Below are positions 1 to 13,984 of a stretch of 64,000 bases of DNA, piece by piece. Positions within the stretch are counted from its first letter, which is position 1. Every line of letters starts with the position of its first letter. The notes under the pieces were generated by a model. The model was not told where the DNA came from and searched no databases. It was given only the letters and a program-made list of their open reading frames with translations. Made by a program: the position numbers and the translations under genes. The DNA comes from the human T2T-CHM13v2.0 reference genome, Homo sapiens, in the NCBI GenBank assembly GCA_009914755.4, contig CP068257.2, positions 29,856,001 through 29,920,000 of the forward strand, written 5' to 3'.

Positions 1-27
1 AATGTAGGAAGAAATCTATAGTCTATT

Positions 28-88
28 TGTAACTCCTGACCTCAGGTGATCCACCCACTTCGGCCTCCCGAAGTGCTGGGATTACAGG
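28..88 (-). mobile_element. Alu fragment (5'-proximal part of left arm, reverse orientation), cut by window edge/deletion
   Basis: ctcctgacctcaggtgatccacccacttcggcctcccgaagtgctgggattacagg = revcomp of Alu positions ~25-80. Confidence 0.6.
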
Positions 89-229
89 AAACCAGGGTTT
101 TCATCCCCACTTCACAGCAGAGGGAGGGCATGTGAAAGAGTAGTCGCTGAGAAGGCAGGAGACTGTCAGGCAGGAATGTCTATGCCGACGCTGGGCACAG
201 GACTGAGTACTCCAGGGAGCTTTACAATT

Positions 230-345
230 GGTCCTCATAGCTACCCTTATTCTCGTTTCACAGACTGGGAAACTGAGGCACATAATGAACACATTCTGCT
301 TAGAAGAGCTGGGATTTGAATCCAGGCAGTCCGACCCCAGTCAGT
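230..345 (-). mobile_element. MIR SINE fragment (core region)
   Basis: tttcacagactgggaaactgaggcacat...gctgggatttgaatccaggcagtc matches revcomp of MIR core (CCTCAGTTTCCTCATCTGTAAAATGG ... CCTGGGTTCGAATCCCGGCTCTGCC). Confidence 0.5.
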
Positions 346-461
346 GTATTCAGGGGGATGGGGAGGGAGATACAAAATTATATCTGTATTCTGTGTGATC
401 CTCATATGTACAGACAGAAAAAAGAAAAGGAAGAGGAGGAAGGGGAAACGGGAGGTGTATT

Positions 462-795
462 AATCTGCTCTCACACTGCTAATAAAGACATACATGAGAC
501 TGGGTAATTTATAAAGGAAAGAAGTTTCATGGACTCAGTTCCACATGGCTGGGGAGGCCTCACTATCACAGCGGAAGGTGAAGGAGGAGCAAACTCATGT
601 CTTACATGGTGACGGGCAAAAGAGCATATGCCAGGGAACTGCCATTTATAAAACCATCAGATCTCGTGAGACTTATTCACTACCAGAACAGTATGAGGGA
701 AACCATCCCCATGATTCAATTATCTCCACCTGGCCCCATCTTGGCATGTGGGGATTATTATAATTCAAGGTGAGATTTGGGTGGGGACACAAATC
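462..795 (-). mobile_element. MaLR solo LTR, THE1-like
   Basis: ctgctaataaagacatac.tgagactgggtaatttataaagg...ccatcagatctcgtgagacttattcactat...gagatttgggtggggacacaa = revcomp of THE1 consensus as recalled. Confidence 0.6.
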
Positions 796-1074
796 TTATC
801 CGGAAGGGAGAGGAGGAAAGAGGAGAACAAGGGAAAAACATAGATATATAAGAGAAAAAAAGACAGGAAAACATAAGTGAAAAATGTTAACAGCAGCTAT
901 TCATAAGTGGCAAAATTATGGATAACTTTTGTTTTCTTCTCTATGCCTTCCTGTATTGTATTCTCTCCAAGGAAAATGCATGCTACAATCAGAAAAAAAA
1001 AAATACTTGCCAAGCATATATTTCAAGATTTTCGTCAGCACCAGCCAACTAAACGGTAACAATAATAACTGTGG

Positions 1075-1343
1075 GCCGGGTGCAGTAGCTCACGCCTGCA
1101 ATTGCAGCAATTTGGGAGGCTGAGGCAGGAGGAATGCTTGAGTCTAGGAGTTTGAGAACAGCCTGGGCAACATAGAGACCTTATCTCTACAAGAATTTTT
1201 GCAACCTTGGCCAGGCATAGTGGTGCACACCCACAGTCCCAGCTACTTGGGAGGCTGACGGAGGAGGATGGCTTGAACCCAGGAGTTCAAGGCTGCAACG
1301 AGCTATGATTACACCACTGCACTCCAGTGTTGGTGACAGACAA
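1075..1343 (+). mobile_element. Alu SINE (S-class), A-tail replaced by purine microsatellite
   Basis: ggccgggtgcagtagctcacgcctg... through ...cactgcactccagtgttggtgacagacaagg. Confidence 0.9.
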
Positions 1344-1346
1344 GGT

Positions 1347-1534
1347 TGGGGGGGAGGGGGGGAGGAGGAGGAGGAGAGGGAGGGGAGGGGGAGGGAAGAA
1401 GAAGAACAAGAGAAGAACAAGAAGCAGGAGGAGAAGAAAGAAAGAGAAAGAAAGTGAGAAGGAGATGAAAGAAAGAGAGAGAGGGAGGGAGACAGGGAGG
1501 GAAGGAAGGGAGGGAGGGAGGGAGGGAGGGAAAA
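1347..1534 (+). repeat. Polypurine low-complexity tract (GGA/GGGA/GAAA/GGAA-type), all purines on + strand; followed by C12 run at 1562-1571
   Basis: ~190 nt with essentially only G/A after the Alu 3' end. Confidence 0.9.
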
Positions 1535-2831
1535 TTGTGCTAAGGGAAAAGTGCAGACCCCCCCCCCCTTGGCAGATGGGAGGGGCCACCCTGGGTCTCT
1601 TGGACCCATCATACCTCTACAACCATGACCTTAGGAAGCCATCCTCAGGAAGCCACGCTCACAGCACACCTGTAAGGGATCCGGTCCTGAAGAAAAACAC
1701 TCCCTGGAGTCTGAGACAGCATGTCAGCTCCTCATCCATCTCAGGGCAGAAAGTGCCCAGAGGGAGAGCCCTGGAGGGGAAGGTCAAATCCCCCTCCCCT
1801 CCCCATCCCACTTCATCTGGCTGTTCATGCCCATGCTCAAAGCACTTGAAGAAACTTCCAGAAAAACAAGGTTTCCGGATCATTACAATTGTCTTTCAGC
1901 AGTTTTATTAACTGGCAGGAGTAAGAGGAAAAAGAAGACTTTTTTATCCAGCCCTTCATATGAAAGTTTGTTCTAGGAAAAAAAAGGAAAAGAATTCTAG
2001 CGTTCACTGAAAAGTGTGCCTTTCCAATTTTTTTCCCAAAAAAACTTGTACATGTGTTACTGTTAATTCTGTTTGGAGTCTCCTTCCACCATAAAAACCT
2101 ACTGTATGCAGAGGTGCCCATTATCTAATAAATCTTTTTTGTTATTATTCTTGTTAACTCAGAGAGGCAAATTCTTCTATTCCTGCCCTGTGATCATGAC
2201 TTGGGGTCACTGTGAGGCCCTCTCTAATTCTACTTTATGTAAAATAATTAAGTGGCTTTATAAAAAAATTCTTACAGATATCCTCAAGTTTAAAGAAGAA
2301 TCTCTAAAGTTTAAGATACCACACCCAAAAATGCAGAGATTCAAAATACCCAAATGTCACCATTGATTAAAACACGAAATAAAATGATTTTTTTTAGACT
2401 GCCAGCAGGACTGGACCTAGCCTTTACATAATAATAATAATAAATGCCTAGTTGCCTTCCCAAGAGCACCCCTTGGATGCCTCCCTCCCTGTCAACAGAA
2501 CACTGATCATCCAAGTTCATTCTCAGGCCAGGACAGACTCAGGGAACCGCCGCTGCCCAGCCCCAGCCTGAAATAAGCCAGATATAAACCAATGAGAGCC
2601 TCCCATTACTCCTTGCCTGTGATTGGGTTAGGGCTGGCCATGTGACTCAGCTGCCACCAATGGAACAAGACAGGAAGTAGACTGGGGAGTTCCAGGAAGG
2701 ATTCTTTGCAGATGAAAAGAGGCCAACTGGTAGAAATGCCTGCCTCTTCATTCAAGTGTTGTTGCAATTACTGGCAGTGCTGCAACTCCAGCTGCCACCC
2801 CTGCTATTGTGTAGAAATAAGCCCAAGGATT

Positions 2832-3112
2832 GGCCGAGCGTGGTGGCTCACGCCTGTAATCCCAGCACTTTGGGAGGCCAAGGTGGGCGGATCGCGAGGT
2901 CTGGAGATCCAGACCAGCCTGGCCAACATGGTGAAACCCCGTCTCTACTAAAAATACAAAAATTAGCCGGGCGTGGTGGTGCGTGCCTGTAATCCCAACT
3001 ACTCCAGAGGCGGAGGCTGAGGCAGGAGAATCGCTTGACCTAGGGAGTCGGAGGTTGCCGTGAGCCGGGATTGCGCCACTGCGCTCCAACCTGGCTACAC
3101 AGTGAAATTCCG
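2832..3112 (+). mobile_element. Alu SINE (S-class)
   Basis: ggccgagcgtggtggctcacgcctgtaatcccagcactttgggaggccaagg... to ...ccactgcgctccaacctggctacacagtgaaattccgtc. Confidence 0.9.
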
Positions 3113-3168
3113 TCGAAAGAAAGAAAGAACGAAAGAAAGGAAGGGAAGGAAGGGAAGGAAGGAAGGAG
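3113..3168 (+). repeat. (GAAAG/GGAAG)n purine microsatellite derived from Alu tail
   Basis: gaaagaaagaaagaacgaaagaaaggaagggaaggaagggaaggaaggaagg. Confidence 0.85.
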
Positions 3169-4025
3169 CCCAAGGATCAAGCAAAGAACCTGAGGACAGT
3201 GGAGTAGAAAAGTGGAAAGAACTCATGATTCTGATGCCATCACTGCATTAATGAACTAACCTTGGAACCACCATGTGAGATACTAAACCCCATATTGTTT
3301 AAGGTATGTTTGGTTGGGTGTTTTGTTTCTAGCAGCCAAAACCATCCTAACTGATAGAACCCTATACCAAGGCTCATTACTAAGAGTCTGGAATCTTACA
3401 AACATATTAAAGCCAAAAGACAATGTGTCAGATTGTCTGGAGCTGATCCCCAGCAAGGCACAGAGAAGAACGGAGAGGACAGGCGACCAGGACCTTCACG
3501 ATGACTTCCTGTCGGTCACCAACCTGTTTTCCAACCCTCCTTTCTTCACACTCTGTCTGTAACTCATCCTAACAGAAGGCTGACCAACTGATATCTTTTA
3601 TGACATATTCAAGAGGTAGAAAATTGATGCTTTGTGGCCATCTGAGAAGGAGCAGTGAAAGCCAGGATTCAAAAGCTCTCTTTGCTTTCGCAATTTATAG
3701 ACTACCCACTGCTAAATGTCATCCCCAAGTTTAGACATTAAATAAAACTGATTGATGAATCTACGAGACTTTGGAGAAGAAAATCTTCCAAAGCAATTTT
3801 TTCAAGGATGGAGGTTGGTGGGGGAGACAGTGCTAGATAAATCAGTACATAAATCATCTTGTTAAAGATAAGAATTTCACGTAGGACTCTCCATGCTTAG
3901 GAAACAGACATAAACAAAAGATAACACCATCTGACTGGATAGAAAATTTCTCTACTATGTGCCTGCAAGGTTATTCTTCAAGAACTAACTTCCTGAGACT
4001 ACATAAGCATTAAAAATAATTACTT

Positions 4026-4126
4026 ATATATGTGTGTATATATATATGTGATGTGTGTATATATGTATGTATATGTATATGCATACGTATGTGTATATGA
4101 ACACACAGAGAGAGAGAAAGAGAGGA
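4026..4126. repeat. Compound dinucleotide microsatellite (TA)n(TG)n...(GA)n
   Basis: tatatatgtgtgtatatatatatgtgatgtgtgtatatatgtatg...acacacagagagagagaaagagagg. Confidence 0.85.
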
Positions 4127-4254
4127 AAATGAATCTCAAGACCCCAAAATCGTTAAGCCAAGGGAGAAGTCAAGCTGGGAACTACATCAGGTAAACCTGC
4201 CTCCTATTTTATTACTAAATAAGACAGCTAAAAAGATTTTAAAAAGCTACATAC

Positions 4255-4405
4255 CTCCCTCACAATTTGGAATTTCCTGGTGGGCCTCAAGATCTTTACC
4301 CGAAAACAGTTCTGAACTGAAAGCTGATCTTCACAGGTGCAGGAATGAAAGTCATCCCTCTGCTCACCTGAGACGAAGGCATATCTGATTGCTTCCTCCA
4401 CCACA
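4255..4405 (-). other. Candidate internal exon (151 nt) with consensus-like splice sites; product unknown
   Basis: On minus strand: pyrimidine-rich ...cattcttacataaacAG| acceptor, 50 open codons (VVEEAIRYAFVSGEQRDDFHSCTCEDQLSVQNCFRVKILRPTRKFQIVRE), then |GTATGT donor; unique, non-repeat sequence. Confidence 0.2.
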
Positions 4406-4499
4406 CTGTTTATGTAAGAATGCAGATTCACTGAACCAGACTGAATTGTGTAAATTTACACAAAGAACAGAAAACTTTAAAGACTGATCAAGGACTCAA

Positions 4500-4745
4500 A
4501 AGAATGCAACCTTTTGTCTCTTATCTACCTATGACCTGGAAGCCCCTCGCTTAGAGTTCTCCCACCTTACCAGACCAAACCAATGTACATCTTACACATA
4601 TTGATTGCTGTCTCATTTCTCCCTAAAATGTATAAAAGCAACCTGTGCCCCGACCACCTTGGGCACAGGTCATCAGGACCTCCTGAGGCTGTGTCATGGG
4701 CACACTGTTAATCTTGGCAAAATAAACTTTCTAAATTGATTGAGA
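4500..4745 (+). mobile_element. Possible solo LTR of an ERV (unclassified)
   Basis: tgtataaaagc (TATA-like) ~4628 followed ~95 nt later by aataaactttctaaattga (polyA signal), typical U3-R architecture; no family assignment possible by eye. Confidence 0.25.
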
Positions 4746-4761
4746 CCTGAGATATTTTGGG

Positions 4762-4763
<2 letters not shown>

Positions 4764-4811
<48 letters not shown>
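4764..4811. repeat. (AC)24 microsatellite
   Basis: uninterrupted acacac... run. Confidence 0.95.
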
Positions 4812-4814
<3 letters not shown>

Positions 4815-5865
4815 AAGTGAAAAAAATCCATCTATCATATATATACTGATTCCAAAAGAAGGTACATACGTGCTCAGTGAAAAGACCAGAAAGAATCTGG
4901 AGGAATAAATAATTTTTTAAGGTGTGTTTTAATGAAGTTGCCTTTTTAATGAAGTTAATAGTTATGTATTTTTTTTTTAAATGAAGTCGTTTAAGTTGAT
5001 GATGAGTATCTGTATGTTCTCAGATATCTCCAGTGCTTGGAACTGTCTGTTCATCAAAACCACTCACTGACCTTCTTACCTTTATTAAGCTCAATCCTGC
5101 GTAATCTGAGGGCCAACTACATTCCAGGTACCATGCAGGCTCTGCAAAGGATTCAGTTATATTTCAGATACAGCCCTAGTGGCCTTGAACTCTTTCTGGA
5201 AGGTGAGAAATGAGGGAAAGCATGAAGGAAGATGAATTTTACCTTCTAAGAATGCATAATCTAATTAGGAGCAGGGAGGAGTAAGTGAAGGGTAAATACA
5301 GACACATATAACCTAAGACACACAATCAATCAATGATAAAAAGATATAAAATGATAGCTTTAAATGAGGAAGAGATCGCATTGAGAATTTCAGGAAAGGT
5401 GTCATGAGAGAGGTGGCATCGGAAATGGAAACCAAAGGATGGAAATTAGGTAGACTGGCATTTTCAGAGGGTAGCAACAGCTTAAGCAAAGACAAAAAAA
5501 CAGAAAACTTTAACAAGAATTCTGGGAACAATGTAGAGTATCAAGATAAGCTGGAGTGCAGGGTATGTATAGGCAAGTCATGGGTTTAGAAGAAAAGCAG
5601 ATGGCAAGACCTGCAGGACCAGATGCCAGGCTGCCTTGGTTTGAGAGGCAACGAAGGGTTAGAAGAATAGCCTGGCTTGGCAGTGACACGTCGGAGCTGT
5701 GCTTTAGAAATAAATGGATCCAGCAGCAGCAGGTGACCTGGTCTGGAGCTGGAGAAGGGACCAGCTGGTGGCGTCTGCACTCACTCAGGGCAGAAGTAGG
5801 GAATGTATAACCACAGCTGGCAGCACAGTGGGTAGAGCGTAGACAGCTCCACAGATATTTGTTAA

Positions 5866-6204
<339 letters not shown>

Positions 6205-6549
6205 TAATAATTTATTTCTGTACCCTCTACAGGCTCTGAACACACATAAGGCACTAACTAATGATGCCAGCTCCTCTTGCCCCCTTCTTCTTCCACAAGT
6301 GATCCAATCCAAAAAGCACACAGATGAAGCACCAAGATCAAGACAAACCCTCCCTTTTCCTATTTCCAATGAAGAATCCTCTTTCTCCCAAAGCAAACAT
6401 GAGGAAAGCACAGAAGCTGAACAAACACTCCAGGAAAGGGCTATGGGTCCAAGAAAGAATACCTTATCAGCTTGATATGAAAAAGTAAGATGCTTTCCAC
6501 CTCTCTGCTCCTATGCAGGAAAAGTCAGCGTAGAAGACTGCTAAAAATC

Positions 6550-6836
6550 AGCCAGGCACAGTGGCTTACGCCTGTAATCCCAGCACTTTGGGAGGCCGAG
6601 GCAGGTGGATCACACGGTCAAGAGATGGAGACCATCCTGGCCAACACGGTGAAAACCTGTCTCTACTAAAAATACAAGAATTAGCCGGGTGTGGTGGCAC
6701 ATGCCTGTAGTCCCAGCTACTCAGGAGGCTGAGGCAGGAGAACTGCTTGAACCTCGGAGGCAGAGATTGCAATAAGCCGAGATCGCACCACTGAACTCCA
6801 GCCTGGCGACAGAGTGAGACTCTGTCTCAAAAAAAA
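6550..6836 (+). mobile_element. Alu SINE (S-class), full length; TSD ctaaaaat
   Basis: gccaggcacagtggcttacgcctgtaatccc ... gagactctgtctcaaaaaaaa. Confidence 0.9.
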
Positions 6837-7197
6837 GGAGTCCTAAAAATTAACAGAAATGTATACCCACCTAACTAGCACAAAGCAACACCTGCAGAAA
6901 AGTGCAATAGAATTAGAGGTTCTCTGAGAACGTGCAAGGATGTCCTCATTCTTCAGGCCACCACACTGAAGTACTTAGGCAGCAAAGGGACGTCATGTTG
7001 CCAAAATACTCTAAAATAGGTCAGGGAAAAAACAGTGTGTGTATAAGTGTGCATATATAAATGTGTAGGAGGATAAATGTGTTAGGCGTAAAAGTGTGTG
7101 GATACATATTTAGATAAATATAGAGAGAATTATAAAGCAAATGGGATGAAATGCAAACAACTGGTGAATTTTGGTAACGTGTATGTCTTAATCAGCT

Positions 7198-7590
7198 TGT
7201 GCAGCTGCAACAAAATACCTGAGACTAGGTAATTTATAAAGAAGAGAAATTTATTTTCTCACAGTTCCGGAGGCTGGGAAGTCCAAGATCAAGGCACCGG
7301 CAGATTCAGTTGTCTGGGGAGAACTGCTTTCTGCCTCCAAGATGGTACCTTTTGATGTGGCATCCTCCAGAGAGGAGCAGCGCTGTGTTCTCACCTGGCA
7401 GAAGGTGGAATGGCAAGAGAGCCAAATGCCGCGTAAAGTCTCCTTTATAAGGGCCTTAATGCCATTCACGACAGAGGAGCCTCCACGGCAGAGGAGCCTC
7501 CACAGCCTAATCGCCTCTTAAAGGCCCCACCTCCCAACACCATCATACTAGAAACACCTGAATTTTGGAGGGGCCACATTCGAACCACAG
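7198..7590. mobile_element. ERVL/MaLR-type solo LTR (MLT-like family; same family recurs at 12440, 19880, 22095, 48985, 56672)
   Basis: gctgcaacaaaatacctgagactaggtaatttataaag...ttctcacagttccggaggctgggaagtccaagatcaaggcaccggc ... cctttataagggcc...aattttggaggggccacattcgaacca; multiple diverged copies in window prove repetitive nature. Confidence 0.5.
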
Positions 7591-7674
7591 CAATACATTC
7601 ATGCACTGCACGATGACATTTCAGTCAGTGACAGTGGTCTGAACCATATACGACAGTGCTCTTATTACAATGGA

Positions 7675-7966
7675 GGCCAGGCGCAGTGGCTCACGCCTGT
7701 AATCCCGGCACTTTGGGAGGCCAAGGCGGGGCGGGGGGATCACCTGAGGTCAGGAGTTCAAGACTAGCTTGGCCATAGTGAAACCCCGTCTCTACTAAAA
7801 ATACAAAATTTAGCCAGGTGCAGGGGCAGGCGCCTATAATCCCAGCTACTCAGGAGGCTGAGGTAGGAGAATCACTTGAACCCAGGGGTTGGAGGTTGCA
7901 GTGAGCCGAGATCGCTCCACTGCACTCCAGCCTGAGTGACAGAGTGAGGGTCTCAAAAAAAAAAAA
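7675..7966 (+). mobile_element. Alu SINE (S-class), full length; 12-bp TSD attacaatggag
   Basis: ggccaggcgcagtggctcacgcc ... polyA; flanks cttattacaatggag| and |gattacaatggag. Confidence 0.95.
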
Positions 7967-8194
7967 GATTACAATGGAGCTCTCACTGCCCCTGAAGAGT
8001 TTCCCAAAAGACAAGGACAAGACGTGGAGGTGGACAACAGTGATACTGCTGGCCTGCTCCTGTGTAGGCCTAGGCCAATGAGTATGTCCGTATCTTGGTT
8101 TTTAACTAAAAGTTTAAAAAGTTAAAAAAATAAAATAAAATGTTTAAAAGTAGAAAAAAGTGTACAGAAAAAGGATGTAAAGAAGGAGAATACT

Positions 8195-8470
8195 GGCCAA
8201 GCACGGTGGCTCACGCCTGTAATCCCAACACATTGGGAGGCTGAGGCAGGTGGATTACTTGAGATCAGGTGGTCGAGACCAACCTGACCAACATGGTGAA
8301 ACCCCATCTCTACCAAAAATACAAAAATTAGCTGAGTGTGATGGCATGCACCAGTAGTCCCAGTTACTTGGGACTGAATCCAGGAGACGAAGTTTGCAGT
8401 GAGCCAAGATTGCATCACTGCACTCCAGCCTGGGCAACTCTGTCTCAAAAAAAAAAAAAAAAAAAAAAAA
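8195..8470 (+). mobile_element. Alu SINE (somewhat diverged right arm), A24 tail
   Basis: ggccaagcacggtggctcacgcctgtaatcccaacacattgggagg ... tctcaaaaaaaaaaaaaaaaaaaaaaaa. Confidence 0.9.
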
Positions 8471-8844
8471 TGGAAACTATCTTTTGTACAGCTGTGCATT
8501 GAGCTTATGTTTTAAACAGGTTACAACAGAGTCAAGTTTTTAAAAAATTAAAGTCTGTGAAGTTAAAAAGCTACAGTAAGCTACTGTTATTATTAAAGAA
8601 AAAAAAATTTTTATACATTTAGTGTAGCCTAAGTGTCCAATATTTATAGTCTATTTTAGTGTCCAGAATGTCCTAGGCCTTTACATTCACTCACCACTCA
8701 CTCACTGACCCACTCACCGCAACTTCCAGTCCTGCAAGCTCCACTCATGGCAAGCACCCTATACGGGTGTAGCACTTTTTCTCTTTCATTCTGTATTTTT
8801 GCTGTATCTTTCCTTTGTTTAGATGCACAATTTTTCCATGGACT

Positions 8845-9120
8845 GGGGTGGGGGGTCGGGGAGGATGGTTTCAGAATGAAGCTGCTCCACCTCAGATCAT
8901 CAAGCATTAGTTAGATTCTCATAAGGAGCACGCAACCTACATCCCTCGCATGAGCAGTTCACAATAAGAGTTCGCACTCCTATGAGAATCTAATACCACC
9001 ACTGATCTGACAAAAGGTAGAGTTCAGGCCGTAATGCTCACCCACCTGCCACTCACCTCCAGCTGTGCGGCCCTGTTCCTAACAGGCCATTGACCGGTAT
9101 CGGTCAGGGGTTGGGGATCC
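8845..9120. mobile_element. Ancient palindromic DNA-transposon (MITE-like) fragment, unclassified
   Basis: ...cattagttagattctcataaggagcacgcaacctacatccctcgcatgagcagttcacaataagagttcgcactcctatgagaatctaatacc... internal inverted symmetry; matches a high-copy MER-type consensus recalled from memory. Confidence 0.4.
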
Positions 9121-9275
9121 CCTAGGCTATCATCCAGCGTAGGTGTGTTGTAGGGTATACCATCTAGGTTTAGGAAAATACACCCTATGTTGTCTGTACC
9201 ATGATGCAATTGCCTAACAACACATTTCTCAGAACATATCCCAAGCGTTAAGCAACGCATAACTGTGTATGAGAG
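9121..9275. mobile_element. Second ancient interspersed-repeat fragment adjacent to the MITE (unclassified)
   Basis: ctaggctatcatccagcgtaggtgtgttgtagggtataccatctaggttt...cacatttctcagaacatatcccaagcgttaagcaacgcataactgtg resembles a known human repeat consensus. Confidence 0.3.
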
Positions 9276-10505
9276 TTTTTTACATTATTCTTGCTACTTT
9301 TCTGTAAGTCTGAAATTGAAATAATATCAAAACAAATAGTTATAAGAGTAAGGAAGCGTTATACTGATATGATCTTTAAAAATATGCAAAATAAAAAAAT
9401 GCAAAATGAGATGTATGGAATATCACCATTCATTTCAGAAGTGGAGAGGAAAAGGTACTGATATGTATTTATTTGGATGTTATATCCGTAATGGCAGATA
9501 AGAAACTGGTACCATTACTACCTCTTTGTAGAAGGGAACAGGGTAGTTGGAGATGGAGTGGAATGGAGATTTTTCACTATTTACTTTTATATATTTTGAA
9601 TTTTGAACCTTGTGAACATATTGTGTATTCAAAATATAAATAAAGGAAATAAAATTACTTTGAAAATATGTTCAAGGAAAATAATAAAATAATAGCGCGA
9701 GCAGACAGTTTGGAGTGGCTTAGGCCAGAGACACATAAGAAATCAGCTAAAAGCCACCTGGCAGGGTGCTGCCCAGATGTCACCTCATGAGCCACTGTGC
9801 TTGGAGAGTTGCCTGTTTAGAAAGGGCGCATTCCAGACAAGTAAAGCTGGGGGCTTGGAAAAACATGTTCTATCAAGTTTCAGCCTAAATTGGACAGAAC
9901 TTTCACATAAAATAAATTATGTGATTGACTTACAAGCCACAATTCCCCATAGCCCTGTTCCCCCAAGCTGATATTGCTGGTTCTGTGACTGAATCATGTG
10001 ACACACTGCACATCTGTCCTCCATGTGACTGTCACAACCTGCTAAAGCCCTCAGGAGGATATCCCATTCCTTGGAAGGACAAACCCGAATGTAAACAGCA
10101 TCCAACCCTCTTCAGTGGCAGCCTCCCTCCCTTGGAGATAACAGCCAACAAGCCATTTGGTGGTGTGTCACTGAAGGAAAGAGATTCTTGGATCTACGCA
10201 AGAGCTTTCCAAGATGATCACAGATTATTCCAGCAGCAAGCAATTCTGAATGGACAAATGAACTTTCTCACCAGCCTAGACTCACCACGTTAAACTTCAT
10301 GGGACTTGAGCAAGCTCTCAGACAACCATAGAGAGGTAAGAAGGTACTACTGTCTGCAGAAGCCAGACTGAGAAGATGGTGAGCTCATCTGGCTTTCCAA
10401 TTGTCAGAACACCAGGCAAGGGACCCCGCAGCACCCCCACTCTCCCTTAAGGAAACCCACAGTTGCTCTCCCAGCCAAGATCCCGGCTCCATGACCCAGT
10501 CTCTA

Positions 10506-11046
<541 letters not shown>

Positions 11047-11265
11047 TTAAGATGATGGGATCTATTTATTTGGCAAAGATACCTTGAGCATTGGCTCTGT
11101 CAGTCAGTGAGCAAAGCCTGGAAAGACAGAGCTGAGGAGCTCCTAGTCCAGTGGAGGGAGACAAACACCAATCACAAGGGATGGGGAAGGTCCTCACCCC
11201 ATCTCCCTGGGGTGCTATGAAGGAGACACATTTACACATAAATGACATACTTTAACAAAGATACA

Positions 11266-11556
11266 GCCAGGCACAGTGGCTCACACCTGTAATCTCAGCA
11301 CTTTGGGAGGCTGAGGTGGACAAATCACTTGAGCCCAGGAGTTTGAGACCAGCCTGGGCAACACGGTGAAATCGCATCTCTATAAAAAATACCAAAAATT
11401 AGCCAGGCATGGCAGTACACGCTGCACGGGGGCATGAGGATCACTTGAGACCAGGAGTTCAAGGTTATGGTGAGCAACGGTCACGCTGCTGCTCTCCAGC
11501 CTGGACCAGAAAGCAAGACCCTGTCTCTGAAAAAAAATTAAGACTAAAAAAAAAAA
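11266..11556 (+). mobile_element. Alu SINE (diverged, J/S-class), first of three tandem + Alus
   Basis: gccaggcacagtggctcacacctgtaatctcagcactttgggagg...; A-rich tail gaaaaaaaattaagactaaaaaaaaaaa. Confidence 0.85.
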
Positions 11557-11557
11557 C

Positions 11558-12234
<677 letters not shown>

Positions 12235-12439
12235 TCAGAAAGCTGGATTCGGGCCCAGCTCTTCACTGACAGGCAGCATATGACTGGGTCAGCTACTTCA
12301 CTCCTGAAACTCAGTTTTCTCTGGAAAGAGCAACAGCAACCTTCAAAAAGGTGAAGCTGCAAGGGTCTAACACAGCATCCGCCATGCAGTAGACCCTTGG
12401 CCAACGAGGCTTTTCCCCTTTGTCAGCTGACATCAGGCC

Positions 12440-12870
12440 AAGCACACAAGTCCTCTGTTAGGGGTTTAACCGGGTCTCCCAGAAAGATATGTTGAAGTCC
12501 TTACTTTACATCCCCAGTAGCTTGGAATATGACCTTATCTGGAAACAAGGTCACTGCAGATGTGGTCAAGTTAAGAAGAGGTCACACTGGGGCACAGCAG
12601 TCTTTTAATCCAGTATGTTTAGCATCCTCAGGAGGAGGACAAGGAGAGACAGAGACACACAGGGATGATGGAGGCACAAAATGGAGGGAGGCCTCTACAA
12701 GTCAAGGAACTCCAAAGCTTTCAGAGAAACCACCAGAAACTAGGAAGAGGCATGGAACTGACGGTCCCACGGAGCCGTCAGAATGAACCTACCTGGCCGA
12801 CATCTTGATTTTGGACTTCTGGCCTCCAGAATTGTGAGAGGATTCATTTCTGCTGTTGGAAGCTACCAGT
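12440..12870. mobile_element. ERVL/MaLR-type solo LTR (MLT-like), opposite orientation to copy at 7198
   Basis: cccagaaagatatgttgaagtcc...ggtcactgcagatgtggtcaagttaagaagaggtcacactgg ... cttgattttggacttctggcctccagaattgtgagagg = revcomp of the 7198-family 3' region. Confidence 0.5.
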
Positions 12871-13446
12871 TTGTGCTATGTTATAACGGCAGTCCGAGGA
12901 AACAGCTACATCCTCCTCCCCTCTACAAAAACCAAATTCTTGACTTGCCTGAGAAAACAGGACACTTTTACAAAGGCAACTAATAAATAACATTTCAGGA
13001 AAGGCTATCTTTGCTAACACGCCCTGGCAGCAGAAAGAGAAATGTGGGTGTTTTGTTGGTTCTTTTTTTTTCCCTCTCTCCTCCTCCCTGCCCCTCTCAT
13101 ATTGGACTCGCCACCATTTGGGGTTAATGATTCCCCCAAGGGATAAAGATACAGCGAAAGAAGGACCTTCAGATGCAGTCCAGAAGGTCAGGACCACACA
13201 TTCCATTACTGCAGAGGCTGGTTCACACCCCACGTACATTGCACCCTCCAGGAGCCCCTTACCAATGCTGCTCAGTTACAACGGTGAAGAACCGGGGTGC
13301 TGGATTTTTTTTGTTTTTAAAAACGGAATGGGCTCTCAGCAAGCCACAGGTCAATCAGGATGGAAAGAAGAGAAGGGGGAGAGAGTCAACGCAAAGCAGA
13401 AAATCACTTTTCTAGGCATCTACACAACTAGGAGGAAAAAAAGTGA

Positions 13447-13984
<538 letters not shown>

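Noticed and set aside
1327-1911. 194-aa ORF rich in R/K/E/G (MLVTDKVGGEGGRRRRRGRGGGGKKKNKRR...)
   Set aside because: It is a translation of the GA-rich polypurine microsatellite 1347-1534 that follows an Alu. Low-complexity, with no start context; an artefact.
2706-3173. ORFs of 81-141 aa containing motifs such as [13 protein letters not shown] and [15 protein letters not shown], recurring dozens of times across the window
   Set aside because: These are the three forward and three reverse reading frames of the Alu consensus. The recurrence of an identical peptide at ~75 sites is diagnostic of SINE copies, not a gene family.
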